Positions 11,901-20,870 of a stretch of 64,000 nt of DNA are shown piece by piece. Both the position numbers and the translations under genes were made by a program. The notes beneath the pieces are model-generated. The model searched no databases. It had not been told where the DNA came from and worked only from the letters and a program-made list of their open reading frames with translations. This stretch comes from an uncultured bacterium (GTDB taxonomy: Bacteria > Zixibacteria > MSB-5A5 > GN15 > FEB-12), in the NCBI GenBank assembly GCA_965372795.1, contig CBDVDR010000010.1:32001-96000 (forward strand), read 5' to 3'. Positions within the stretch are counted from its first letter, which is position 1, and each line of letters begins with the position of its first letter.

Positions 11901-12109
11901 GAACGATACCATTGTAATTCTCCCCCAAGAAATCCTTTGTAAACTGGCGGCAGTCCCAGAGTTGAAAAGGTACCACCCTTATTTGGTGGAACGATCTGGG
12001 CAAGACCTACTTCACCCACTAAAACGATCATTATCAGAAGGCACCAGATTGCCCAAGACCAGATACCGAAAATTCGTTGTAATTTCCTTGTCACTCTAAA
12101 TAGCTCCAT
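8987..12109 (-). CDS. Large exported phospholipase D-superfamily-like protein
   Basis: HRKLAFYD (HxK-x4-D), second HLK, GSINLDYRS motif; signal peptide and beta-rich N-terminus. Confidence 0.6.
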   Translation of the reverse strand: MELFRVTRKLQRIFGIWSWAIWCLLIMIVLVGEVGLAQIVPPNKGGTFSTLGLPPVYKGFLGGELQWYRSTDSSDPTILAIGGVFRNISSPIQGLTAIGLRGYFGIRSKALDGGVRAEISIPTFDFGVGIDYNIPDDDFNFMLRLDIPIRRSGIFGRGSTVSINWIPSRGQSIGVGVTVPMWGSKLGKTRPQNDNVQLKVLPNSVRLVLANPELKLSEAISDVQERAMWITRMSQPFVDQGGKTAVVMESDLSDLKKHIGSTDIRFPKGLSLNEEIRVYHESLDHAFSLAGSSHLYFGKEGDDFGRRLSAKARALLLDEVILPYNNLLGQRKKNDKLSGLIAVARTEFARWLLSQTDISILQARRVYWVFQSLCDIMEENRSELRKRWRDSRFVWLPLQFALKPEQHDKQSEINEIIQRATKQSFSADNRVWYVINEQFQWELARSVRLAEDYHVLWVHDIAGVNDNGKPDKIAFRHTLNYLEVLAERVEAYDQTGKLPAYFIFLDQHYFEINKARRWLRILQEPLTKTINLPSEYEEWSIQLKKAQDRLRMAVDSSTLLAIEKSQYGEKWLNDRIRVNVNITYPADPSFYSFHVVGVFPVTDNYMRDHRKLAFYDLTEEDPYRGMALFTGMGIGEHYVGTNWEDRAIIIQGPAALAIKEAGRKVLLTNGMTEDEIPFPLRPLPYSADYQSKIKAEHDKTTPSWIPNWGEVVQLHNGTGFQHKKATIGKAILYSLMPEGSVLTVPSSLWQSYIYASLLAGSSLRGCRVLIINPTNKSSPSSSTLTMARAHGLMSRLVEFSNIMHSELESIDGLLKVGLYNPQQGVADIAGRVKHVADPKAPWMNRLWPLSPEVLAVASNISALLDSIGYSVSYLGNDSSDIKPKLHLKANFMASSIAWEKICSHPGLADLFKRYIAYLAKQSTGGVSGDRTPDVQDVPEDLLEAWRQLVEDILEDTSPQDRERLIFFLTVGSINLDYRSMLLDGEVMILLGGWLSTIGFFDFIILPRLCTWIETTEELDQYITPPGAIKRKFADFIKLLL

Positions 12110-12729
12110 TATGTGGTTTAGACATGTACGGAATCTGTCGGTTCGTCTGGTTTGCTCTTAACTAAACTGCTTTAGTGCTACTTGTTTTCGTTTGAAACAT
12201 CATTCCGATTATTTGGAAAGATGTTCTTTCTTCGACCGTGGGGCTATAGTCGATAATACAATGTTCTTGTAGCAAATTATGCTACGGATCCGGAGTTGAA
12301 TGTAGCAAGACAAGTTAGGTGGCTAATGCCCGAAGGTCACAGACAAAAGCGGCCTGAGCAGTTGTAACATTCCCCCCATAAATCGGTTCAGTTTAAGAGA
12401 TAGTTTTTTGTTCCATGTTCCACTCCCTATCTTTGGTCAAGTTCCAGAAGGGTAAGCGTTTTTTAGAGTGTGGTCAGGTTTGACACCATCGAATGCAGTT
12501 TTAACTCGATAGAGAGCTATCTAATGTTTTGGTATGATTCAATTGTATCGCGTGAAATCTGAGATAGATGTTTCAATTTAGGATAAAACATTTTAAGAAA
12601 GTTATCAGCATACTCCTGAAAAAACTTATCAATCCGTTTCTTATTGTCAGAGAATCTGAGCTTCTCTAAGTGAATTCATTAGACGAATGTGCGCTTGTTT
12701 ATGAGTTAGTACTTGAATATTTTAATAAT

Positions 12730-14079
12730 TTACGGACATATATGACAATCAACAGGATTGGGACCACTATTAAACATATAATCTACAAAATAAGTCAAAT
12801 CTGATATACCTAATGTACAGTTACCATCAATGTCAAATTCTTCTTCACAGACAGGAGCAGGACCACCAGTAAACATATAGGCAACGAAGTAAGTCAGGTC
12901 TGAAATATCAACATCAGCATCATTGTTACTGTCGCCTGGCGAATTGCAACAATTTGATGGAGAAGGATTAAAAATTGCCAACCCCTCATTGATTAGGCGG
13001 GTATGGCTGAAAATAGAAGTGTCATTTTCTGGAAGGTTAATAGGTGTAATCACACTTATAAGGTTGGTGTCTGAATACTGTGGCATTGCCCAGCTCTCAA
13101 AGATAAGATGATCTGGCTGTCCAATTGCTGAATTAACCTCGTTAATCCAATCAATCGCGCCCTCATAATAGACTTCATCAGTATACTGTCCATACAGAAA
13201 AAGTTGAGTAGTGAACGAAAGATCAATCAAGATGGGGGCAAAGGATATGTTATGGGCATGAAGAAAGGTCTCCAGTTCCAGCAGGTCTGCCTTTAGTTGG
13301 GCGAGGGTTACCCTGCCATAGATTGGTCCCGCATAGTCGATAATCCTGAGTCCATGTATATCCAGATGTATGAATGGAAGATTAATACCCAGGTTTTCCA
13401 ACTCTGCCACATATGTTTTAATTCCTTCAACATCCATCTCGGGATAGAGAATAATTTGTCCAACAATGATGGAGGGAGCTGCATTATTCATCCGGGTGAT
13501 AAAGTCCGCAACCATAGCAGCAATTTCAGCTAAACTTTCAGTTTTACATTCAGGGCCATCTAAAGGAGGGTAGATGGGAGAATACCATCTTCTGATTGGT
13601 TCATCTATAGCTACATAGCGGACTGTTCCCCCATTATCCTGAACATTGATAATTGCATCCACTGTCCAGTTGAAAGCATTTTGTGCGGCAATTTGCCTCT
13701 CTAAAATACAATCCACAGGTGTTCCTAATGGCGTTTGCGGTAAGATCCCTGCTCCCTCAATGCAAATATCAATTCCCCAGTCATCTAATTTTTTGAACGC
13801 CTGAACTTGAGCAAGATTGGCAAGGGTGTTTGAGTTGCACAAGCCACCCATGCAAGGCCATGAGTTAACATGGTGAGTAAGAAACTGAAAGACATCAATT
13901 CTTGATCTGGCAGAATCCCACTGGGCAGGGTTGGTGAATAACTGCAGCATATCGGTGCTCCCTAAGCTGGGTCCGTACCATACTTTGCTGCTTTCTGCAG
14001 GTTGGCTGCGGGTAACGGGGCAAACAATTGTGATTGCAAGCAGAAACAGCATGGCTGTTCGCGAAAATATTGTTTTCAT
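12730..14079 (-). CDS. Secreted protein, possible glycoside-hydrolase-like barrel, with C-terminal dockerin-like domain
   Basis: Signal peptide; paired GDSNNDADVDISDLTYFV / FDIDGNCTLGISDLTYFV Ca-binding repeats. Confidence 0.7.
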   Translation of the reverse strand: MKTIFSRTAMLFLLAITIVCPVTRSQPAESSKVWYGPSLGSTDMLQLFTNPAQWDSARSRIDVFQFLTHHVNSWPCMGGLCNSNTLANLAQVQAFKKLDDWGIDICIEGAGILPQTPLGTPVDCILERQIAAQNAFNWTVDAIINVQDNGGTVRYVAIDEPIRRWYSPIYPPLDGPECKTESLAEIAAMVADFITRMNNAAPSIIVGQIILYPEMDVEGIKTYVAELENLGINLPFIHLDIHGLRIIDYAGPIYGRVTLAQLKADLLELETFLHAHNISFAPILIDLSFTTQLFLYGQYTDEVYYEGAIDWINEVNSAIGQPDHLIFESWAMPQYSDTNLISVITPINLPENDTSIFSHTRLINEGLAIFNPSPSNCCNSPGDSNNDADVDISDLTYFVAYMFTGGPAPVCEEEFDIDGNCTLGISDLTYFVDYMFNSGPNPVDCHICP

Positions 14080-14364
14080 CTCTTCAAACTCAATTCATAG
14101 TCCCGTCGTTCCAAACACAGGAGAGAACTTCCCACAAAGATACGAGCAATGAAGTAAGTGACATCTGCTATGTTGAGAGTGTTATTCCCTCCAGGTGGAC
14201 CACACTTTGGATGGGTTATTCTCATGTCACTAAGATACAATGATTCGATAGATTTACAAGAAAGGAAATATCAGGCAATTAAACCAATTTTTTCAAATCG
14301 GTGGAAAAAGTTCGAAAGTTAGATAGGTATGCAATTGTAAGGTATTAGTAGGTAACGAATTAAA

Positions 14365-14691
14365 AAATGCGGGCTAGTTGGGATACATATCGAACCAACA
14401 TAGTTGGATTTATTTAAAAAAAATAGCATCATCAAAATGCCGTCAGGTCAAGCCATTTAAAATGGCGGGCCATCGTGGACTATTTTAGAACTGCGGCTTA
14501 AGTATAATTGATATAGTGAATTTTGAAATCAAGAATAATTTATTTGATTTCCAATTTAATCTCTTAGATTTTTGTCATTTTTTTCTTAAAATGTTTGAGA
14601 GGGGAATCGAAAGCATTGCCACTATAACTACTTGTGTAACATTGGATTATAATAATGCGGGCTATCGTGGACAATTTTGGAACTGCGGCAT
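14365..14691 (+). repeat. Three tandem att-like (attP'-type) half-sites at left island junction
   Basis: CGG cores at 14370, 14466, 14658, each followed by GC-n6-GGA-n8-GAAC; copies 2 and 3 identical at 30/33 nt; core matches TGCGG at the recombinase/tRNA junction (34151). Confidence 0.7.
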
Positions 14692-14754
14692 AGTAGATAA
14701 TTAATATAGACGAAAGCAACTCTTAATACTCTAAATTTGAATATGTTATCTGGA

Positions 14755-17700
14755 TTATCTAAAAGAAATCTCTTGTAGAAATTTCTTAACTGTTTGAGTA
14801 TGTGGATGTTTCTCACCAAAAACACTGAGAAGAATATCATAAGCTCTTTTCCACAGTTCCCTCGCTTTTTCAAGTTGACCCAAAGCTTGATATAACAAAG
14901 CTAAATTGGACTGACGTATTGCGACAGCGGGATGTCTGTCACCGTAGTTTTTAATATCTGTCTGCAAAACTTGTTCTAACAACTCTCTTGCTTTTTCATA
15001 TTCACCCAAATCTTTATATACCAAAGCTAAATTGGACTGACTTGATGCCATAGAAGGATGTTTGTCACCGAAGTTTTCAAAACTTGTTTGCAGAGCTAAT
15101 TCTAACAACTCTCTTGCTTTTTCATATTCACCCAAATCTCTATATACCAGCGCTAAATTGGACTGACGTATCGCAACAGTAGGATGCTTGTCACCATAAT
15201 TTTCGATATCAAGATGTAAGGCTTGTTCTAAAAGATCCCTTGCTTTTTCTAAATGACACAATTCTTGATATATTAAAGCCAAATTGAATTTATCTATTGC
15301 TACAGAAGGATGTTTTTCACCGGATATTTCTATTCCTGTACGTAAAGCTTGTTCTAATAACTCTCTTGCTTTTTCAAATTCACCCAAATCCTTATATATC
15401 ATCGCTAAATTGGACTGACTTGTTGCTACAGAAGAATGTTTTTCACCGTGTTTTTCAATATTTGTTTGCAAAGCTTGTTCTAACAACTCTCTTGCTTTTT
15501 CAAATTGACCCAACTCTATATATACCATAGCTAAATTGGACTGTAGACTTGCTGTTATATCAGTATGGTCACCCCTGAGTTGCTTTAAAAGAGCCTCACC
15601 AAAAGGAATGAAACGAAATTTATCTATTGGATTATCATTTGATTGTTCATAACTAAGTAGTCCTGCAACACTTTTGGAAAGAAGCTTCAAATCATCTATT
15701 GTAATATCCAGCCTAAAAATAAGTGCCTCAACCAGCACCGGGTGCATTTTGTAACTGTCGGTTTTATTATCCTTTAATACAAAACCTTGATCGCAAACAT
15801 TCTCAAGCATCCCCCCGAATTCATCACTCCAGTCAAGCTTATTCTTATCTAATAACCTTGATAAGAATTCAAAATCTATCCATTGATTAGGCAGGGCACT
15901 GAACTGTTTTAACAGATAAACTTCCTGCTCGCTAAGCCCGCTAATATCAAAAATACTCGTTATATATGATTTGATGCGATCAATTTTAGCAATTTTATTA
16001 ACATTATGTTTTACTTTAATCCCCGCTTTGGCATCTTTCGTGAAGGCACTTCTAACTGTTTCATATTTCCAGTGATTTCTGTGTGCCGACTTTGCCAGTA
16101 TTTCAATGGTAAGTGTGTGAAGCTCCACTCCCTTAACAATAGACCGTATTTCTTTAGTAGAAAAACTACTATGATATTTGTTAAATAATTCTATTGCTTC
16201 ATCTTCAGGAAGAAAATCCAAATCTATTATTTTGAAATTCTCGATACGTTCCCGCGATGTTACCAGAAGGTGCCATTCTGGTGCTTTAGGCAGCATGTCA
16301 AAATGTTCTGCCAGACTTTCATGAGCGTTATCTATTATAAGGAGTTTAGGTTTTTTACTTTGTAAAGTACGCAATTTATTCAAGCAGCTAATTAACGGTT
16401 CGCTCAGTTCTTCCTCTGCTATTTTTAAATTCTTTATAAGTGATGTATTTGCAATTATTGCTTCTTCCAAACTGTTCTCTATTGTCAGCAATACTATATG
16501 GTCATATTCATCATAAAACTCTGTCAGGTAGACAGCCGCTAAAGTTGTTTTACCAATTCCACCCATCCCATTAATAAGAGCCGTATCGTGGTTTTGCATA
16601 AGTGATTCACGCAGATTTTGCAAATCTATTTCTCTGCCCACAATATCTTTTTTGGGAATGCGTACCAATGCCGTAAGTTCTTTGGGATAAGAATTATCTG
16701 ACCCTGCAATAGCATCATCTAATTTATCAATAATTATCTTCGTATCTTTTTTAATTTCTGAAGTATCTACTTTTATTGCTTTTGAAAGATTGAACAGATC
16801 AAAAACATTATCTGAAATTGTAAATATTTCTTCTTGATAGTTTTCCCCAAAAGCGAGTTTTTTTAGTTCCTCATCTGCTTCGATATTTTTTTCAAAAATG
16901 TTAAAAAAATCGTGAATCTGCTCTTTTTCAGGTACTTTGATTTTGTCGTTATTTTTTAATTCAGACAAAATTATTTCATTTGTTTTATAACCTGCTTTAC
17001 AGAAAAAACGATGTTTTAAAAGTTCTACCAAAAATATCTTTGACTGATAGAACAAGAGCTTATCATCGAAATCGGCCACGGGATTTGCTCTGCTGTATTC
17101 TTCTATTGTATTGTCAATAATCTCTGTAAATATTGACTGAAGTTTATATCTATTCTCTTTTGTTATCCAGCCTATGCCTTTTTTTATACCATATGAAACA
17201 AATGTATTTGCTCCATTTTCTGAAAGTGTCATATAATTAGAGGATCGCTTACTATGAACTTCAGTATAATTTTCTGGGAAAACTGATAATTTCTCTTTCT
17301 GATTAACATTTAAATACAATTCATTGTACATTATATTTTTTGATTGATCATTGGTTGCTTTTAGAATTGTTTTTTCAATACGAGACAAATCATCAATCAA
17401 ATCATATACTCTAACCATTTCATAAGATTTAGGACATTGTAATTCTTTATAATTTTCTCTAAATCTCATCAAATCATCATATTTATAAAAAGTTGGTGAT
17501 TTAGATTTCAAACATACAACACATTTACAAGGTAAAAGTTTATTATATTTCAATCTGGAATAACTGTTATGTATTTCATCTAAAATAAATATAACTTCTG
17601 TATATAATTCTTTCCTACCATGCCCAGACACTTTGATTGACAATTCTCCCTTGCCCTGTTCTTCTATGATCTCAGCCCTATTTCCTTCACTCTCTAAGAC

Positions 17701-20193
17701 TACTCCTTCTCGCCATACTAATGCTTGATTCACTATGTAGTTATGCATACTGATTATAAATTGAGTTATGATCCCTTTTGGCATAAACTCATAAGAATAT
17801 TTCAACTGTAAATTATCTTGATAATTCCAATTATAATCTGGTTGTTCCCTACTTAATAACTGAGGTACAATATATTTTTTATCAGAAGAAGGAATTTCAT
17901 AACACAACATAAAATTCTTCATCAATTGCAACAACTCAAGATATTTATTATGTAATTTAGGTTCACTCCAAATCTCTTTAAGTTCGGCAAATGCAAAGTG
18001 TCCTTTGTTTGCTAATAAATACTTATGATCAAGAACTTTATACATAGTATTAATACACCATATAGGATTTAAAATAACAAACTCACTTAATATAGAGTCT
18101 TCTTGAAAATGGATAATAACACCAAGATCTTGTAAAAATTGACTGAAAAAAAGTTGATCTCTCTTTCCAGTTAAACCATTTTTATCACAGATAGTTAAAA
18201 ATTCATCTAAACTGATATAATTTCTATTATCACTATTCAATATCTCACGTACATTTTTCCAAGTTTTAGGTATAATAATTCCAATATGAGGAAGTTTTTG
18301 AATATTAGACTTGATTGCATTTATGATTTCTGATAAACCACGATTATTTTCTAAATTTGTTGAAAATGAGTTTTTGAAATTAGTAAACTCTTTATGAAGT
18401 ACAGATTCGTTGATATCTACTTTTCTATCACTCTTTTCATTCTTGATGATTAAAATCGGACTATCCGCACTGAATAATTTAATAGTATTCAACCAATAAT
18501 TAAGATCATTATCCTCATTCCGGCTATCAATCACAAGAAGAAATAGTGATCGATTGGTTAGAAAAAGCTGGTGAGTTTCATGATAAATCGGTTGGCCACC
18601 AAAGTCCCAAATATTAACACGTAATATCTCACCATCATCACTTTTAATAATCCATTTTAAATTGTTGATTCCTTTAGTAGGACTTTGATCTTGTTGTAAT
18701 ATCCAATCAGTATTTTCAATTTTTTTAGCAAGCGATGTTTTACCTACCCCTGCTTCCCCTAAGATAAATAAATTTGCTTCGTTTATATAATCAGATCCTG
18801 TTTCATTAAGTTGACGATAATACTCTTGAAGTGATTCTATTCCTTTAGATGCCACTTCATAAGGAGGATCTACAAGTAGATTATTCACGCAGTTAAATAC
18901 ACACAATGAATGAAGATTCACTATTTGTTCAGATATCTTTTCAATCGCATTGTGACTAATATCTAATTCTTTCATATTTGTTAATAAAAACAATGAATCT
19001 GGTAAAGTTTTTATTTTATTATTTGAACAATTTAAAGAAATAAGAGATTCTAATTTTTGTATTAAGTCTGGTATTCTTGTAATCAAATTATTACTAATAT
19101 TTAATGATCTTAGGTTTTTTAGTTGAAATATTTCTTTAGTTAATTCTTCTATGTTTGCATTACTTATATCTAATTCTATTATATTATTATGATTATCTGT
19201 TCTACATTTAACAAATCCCTTTCCTAACTTCTCCTCTAACACTTCAATTATTGATAAATCTTCTCCTGGCTTGCTCAAATTACATTCTTCAAATATGTAT
19301 TTTGTAAGATTGACTAATTCCTTCCCAACCATTCTTTTAGGATCTTTTTGGGGTGGTATTTCTTCTCCAAAACCATATTCAGGTTTATATGGAATTGACT
19401 GACTAATAATATATGTTAAAGCATCATTTTGATTCTCAACAGGTAAATAATCAAATAATTTTTCAGAGGCGTTCTGTTGCCATTTGATCAACAAATTTCC
19501 TTCTGCAGCTTGTTCAACTCTTGAAGGAAGAACAATAAGCTGAGGTGGATTTTTTTCTACTCGATAATTAGGTGAAATCTCATTTATATTATGAGCAATA
19601 TTTTTAATACCTTCTATATTTTGTTCATTTAGTGCAAACAACATTACGACTGCATCAGGTATTTGAATTGTACATATTCCACCTATATCAGTTGTGCCTG
19701 TTCGGCTGTCTATGAGACAAATATAATATTTCTTCTTTATTTCATTTTTTAAATACTCAATAAAATTGAAACCTTGCCAATTTTCGTATAGATCCTGCCA
19801 ATCAAAATCATTAACTTTTGAAGCATAATCGCTGTCAAATCTTCCACTTGGAAGTAAAGATATACTGCCCCCACCTTTAAATTTTTCTATATTTGGGAGA
19901 ACATACTTATCTAAGTTGATTAATTCATCTTCTTTAATAGGTTCATCACTTGTAAGTAATTTTTTATACTCATAAAATAAATCAATTAAACCAAAATCAA
20001 TATTATCATTTTTGATATCAAAAAAACGATGAATCCCAGGTGCTTCAAGATCCCAATCAATAACAAGTACATTTAAATTATAATCTTTAGCAAGTACCCA
20101 AGCTACACTTGCAAGAGACATACTTCGCCCTACTCCACCTTTATATGAATAAAATGTAAATATTTTTGAACTTTGCATTTTTAAACTAACCAT
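14755..20193 (-). CDS. ParA/MinD-like (KGGVGR) ATPase - LRR - Roc-COR GTPase - STAND/NB-ARC ATPase - TPR fusion, 1812 aa
   Basis: YSYKGGVGRS/IDWDLEAPG/IDSRTG; about 5 LRRs; GEAGVGKT/WDFGGQ Roc; COR; GMGGIGKT/LLIIDN/LVTSRE/MHPVL NB-ARC; six 42-aa TPRs. Confidence 0.9.
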   Translation of the reverse strand: MVSLKMQSSKIFTFYSYKGGVGRSMSLASVAWVLAKDYNLNVLVIDWDLEAPGIHRFFDIKNDNIDFGLIDLFYEYKKLLTSDEPIKEDELINLDKYVLPNIEKFKGGGSISLLPSGRFDSDYASKVNDFDWQDLYENWQGFNFIEYLKNEIKKKYYICLIDSRTGTTDIGGICTIQIPDAVVMLFALNEQNIEGIKNIAHNINEISPNYRVEKNPPQLIVLPSRVEQAAEGNLLIKWQQNASEKLFDYLPVENQNDALTYIISQSIPYKPEYGFGEEIPPQKDPKRMVGKELVNLTKYIFEECNLSKPGEDLSIIEVLEEKLGKGFVKCRTDNHNNIIELDISNANIEELTKEIFQLKNLRSLNISNNLITRIPDLIQKLESLISLNCSNNKIKTLPDSLFLLTNMKELDISHNAIEKISEQIVNLHSLCVFNCVNNLLVDPPYEVASKGIESLQEYYRQLNETGSDYINEANLFILGEAGVGKTSLAKKIENTDWILQQDQSPTKGINNLKWIIKSDDGEILRVNIWDFGGQPIYHETHQLFLTNRSLFLLVIDSRNEDNDLNYWLNTIKLFSADSPILIIKNEKSDRKVDINESVLHKEFTNFKNSFSTNLENNRGLSEIINAIKSNIQKLPHIGIIIPKTWKNVREILNSDNRNYISLDEFLTICDKNGLTGKRDQLFFSQFLQDLGVIIHFQEDSILSEFVILNPIWCINTMYKVLDHKYLLANKGHFAFAELKEIWSEPKLHNKYLELLQLMKNFMLCYEIPSSDKKYIVPQLLSREQPDYNWNYQDNLQLKYSYEFMPKGIITQFIISMHNYIVNQALVWREGVVLESEGNRAEIIEEQGKGELSIKVSGHGRKELYTEVIFILDEIHNSYSRLKYNKLLPCKCVVCLKSKSPTFYKYDDLMRFRENYKELQCPKSYEMVRVYDLIDDLSRIEKTILKATNDQSKNIMYNELYLNVNQKEKLSVFPENYTEVHSKRSSNYMTLSENGANTFVSYGIKKGIGWITKENRYKLQSIFTEIIDNTIEEYSRANPVADFDDKLLFYQSKIFLVELLKHRFFCKAGYKTNEIILSELKNNDKIKVPEKEQIHDFFNIFEKNIEADEELKKLAFGENYQEEIFTISDNVFDLFNLSKAIKVDTSEIKKDTKIIIDKLDDAIAGSDNSYPKELTALVRIPKKDIVGREIDLQNLRESLMQNHDTALINGMGGIGKTTLAAVYLTEFYDEYDHIVLLTIENSLEEAIIANTSLIKNLKIAEEELSEPLISCLNKLRTLQSKKPKLLIIDNAHESLAEHFDMLPKAPEWHLLVTSRERIENFKIIDLDFLPEDEAIELFNKYHSSFSTKEIRSIVKGVELHTLTIEILAKSAHRNHWKYETVRSAFTKDAKAGIKVKHNVNKIAKIDRIKSYITSIFDISGLSEQEVYLLKQFSALPNQWIDFEFLSRLLDKNKLDWSDEFGGMLENVCDQGFVLKDNKTDSYKMHPVLVEALIFRLDITIDDLKLLSKSVAGLLSYEQSNDNPIDKFRFIPFGEALLKQLRGDHTDITASLQSNLAMVYIELGQFEKARELLEQALQTNIEKHGEKHSSVATSQSNLAMIYKDLGEFEKARELLEQALRTGIEISGEKHPSVAIDKFNLALIYQELCHLEKARDLLEQALHLDIENYGDKHPTVAIRQSNLALVYRDLGEYEKARELLELALQTSFENFGDKHPSMASSQSNLALVYKDLGEYEKARELLEQVLQTDIKNYGDRHPAVAIRQSNLALLYQALGQLEKARELWKRAYDILLSVFGEKHPHTQTVKKFLQEISFR
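14790..15550 (-). repeat. 126-bp tandem TPR-coding repeats (6 units)
   Basis: CTAAATTGGACTG-type anchor recurs at about 14901, 15027, 15153, 15279, 15405, 15531. Confidence 0.9.
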
Positions 20194-20204
20194 AATTTCA
20201 TATC

Positions 20205-20870
20205 CTACCCAGGAGGACGAAGATTTTTGCTTTTAATCTCATTATGATTAAAGTATTTATCAGAAGTTTCCAACATTCTCACATTAGTAGGAGCATCTTT
20301 TCTATCCTTTAGATATTTATCTAATAGTGATAGCTCCATGAAGTTATGAAGATCATCCTCTCTTGTAACAATTCTACATTTCAACCCATTGAAATATTTT
20401 TTGGGAATTGATTCTAATTGTTGAGTATACAATTCATATAATGCTCCTTGAATGCCTGTAGGTTTTTTAGAACAGAATAAAAAACAAGAACAATGAGATT
20501 CAGAATCACAACAAGTATCAATAGTAGGTATTAGCTTTGAATACTTTTCATGAAGTAGAGCAAAATTATCAATTATATATAAGGATGCTCTTTCTAAAAA
20601 AGAAACACGATTACGATCATCATCAAAATCAACATCTTCATTTGCGCATATAAATTTATTTTCTTTTGATTTTAATATTTCTATTATAGATTTGTCAGAA
20701 AAAGGTTTCCAATCTTCTGATACATTTCCATAAAGAGTGTCCTTATTTCGATCAAGCCATATAGCTATTGACGATTTCCCCTTCCCCTTTAGTATTTCAC
20801 ACACTTCTGCAACTTCACTATGCCTAAGTGCAACAATAATGTAATTTAATGTCTTTTCAGTATTTTCCAT
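20205..20870 (-). CDS. Hypothetical protein resembling the FxsC C-terminal domain
   Basis: LYGNVSEDWKPF and YIIDNFALLHEKY recall FxsC motifs (from memory); directly upstream of the KGGVGR protein. Confidence 0.5.
   Translation of the reverse strand: MENTEKTLNYIIVALRHSEVAEVCEILKGKGKSSIAIWLDRNKDTLYGNVSEDWKPFSDKSIIEILKSKENKFICANEDVDFDDDRNRVSFLERASLYIIDNFALLHEKYSKLIPTIDTCCDSESHCSCFLFCSKKPTGIQGALYELYTQQLESIPKKYFNGLKCRIVTREDDLHNFMELSLLDKYLKDRKDAPTNVRMLETSDKYFNHNEIKSKNLRPPG

Noticed and set aside
12268..12420. GTAGC-N7-GCTAC palindrome and a short RBS-led minus-strand reading frame at 12416
   Set aside because: Frame stops after 7 codons and the palindrome is single-copy; cannot assign an operator or pseudogene
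14365..14691. Three related sites as CRISPR repeats or integron attC sites
   Set aside because: Irregular spacing, no attC-like palindrome, no IntI or cas; better explained as serine-integrase att arms
14790..15550. TPR repeats as a diversity-generating retroelement target
   Set aside because: No reverse transcriptase or separate template repeat in the window; repeats are in-frame tandem units
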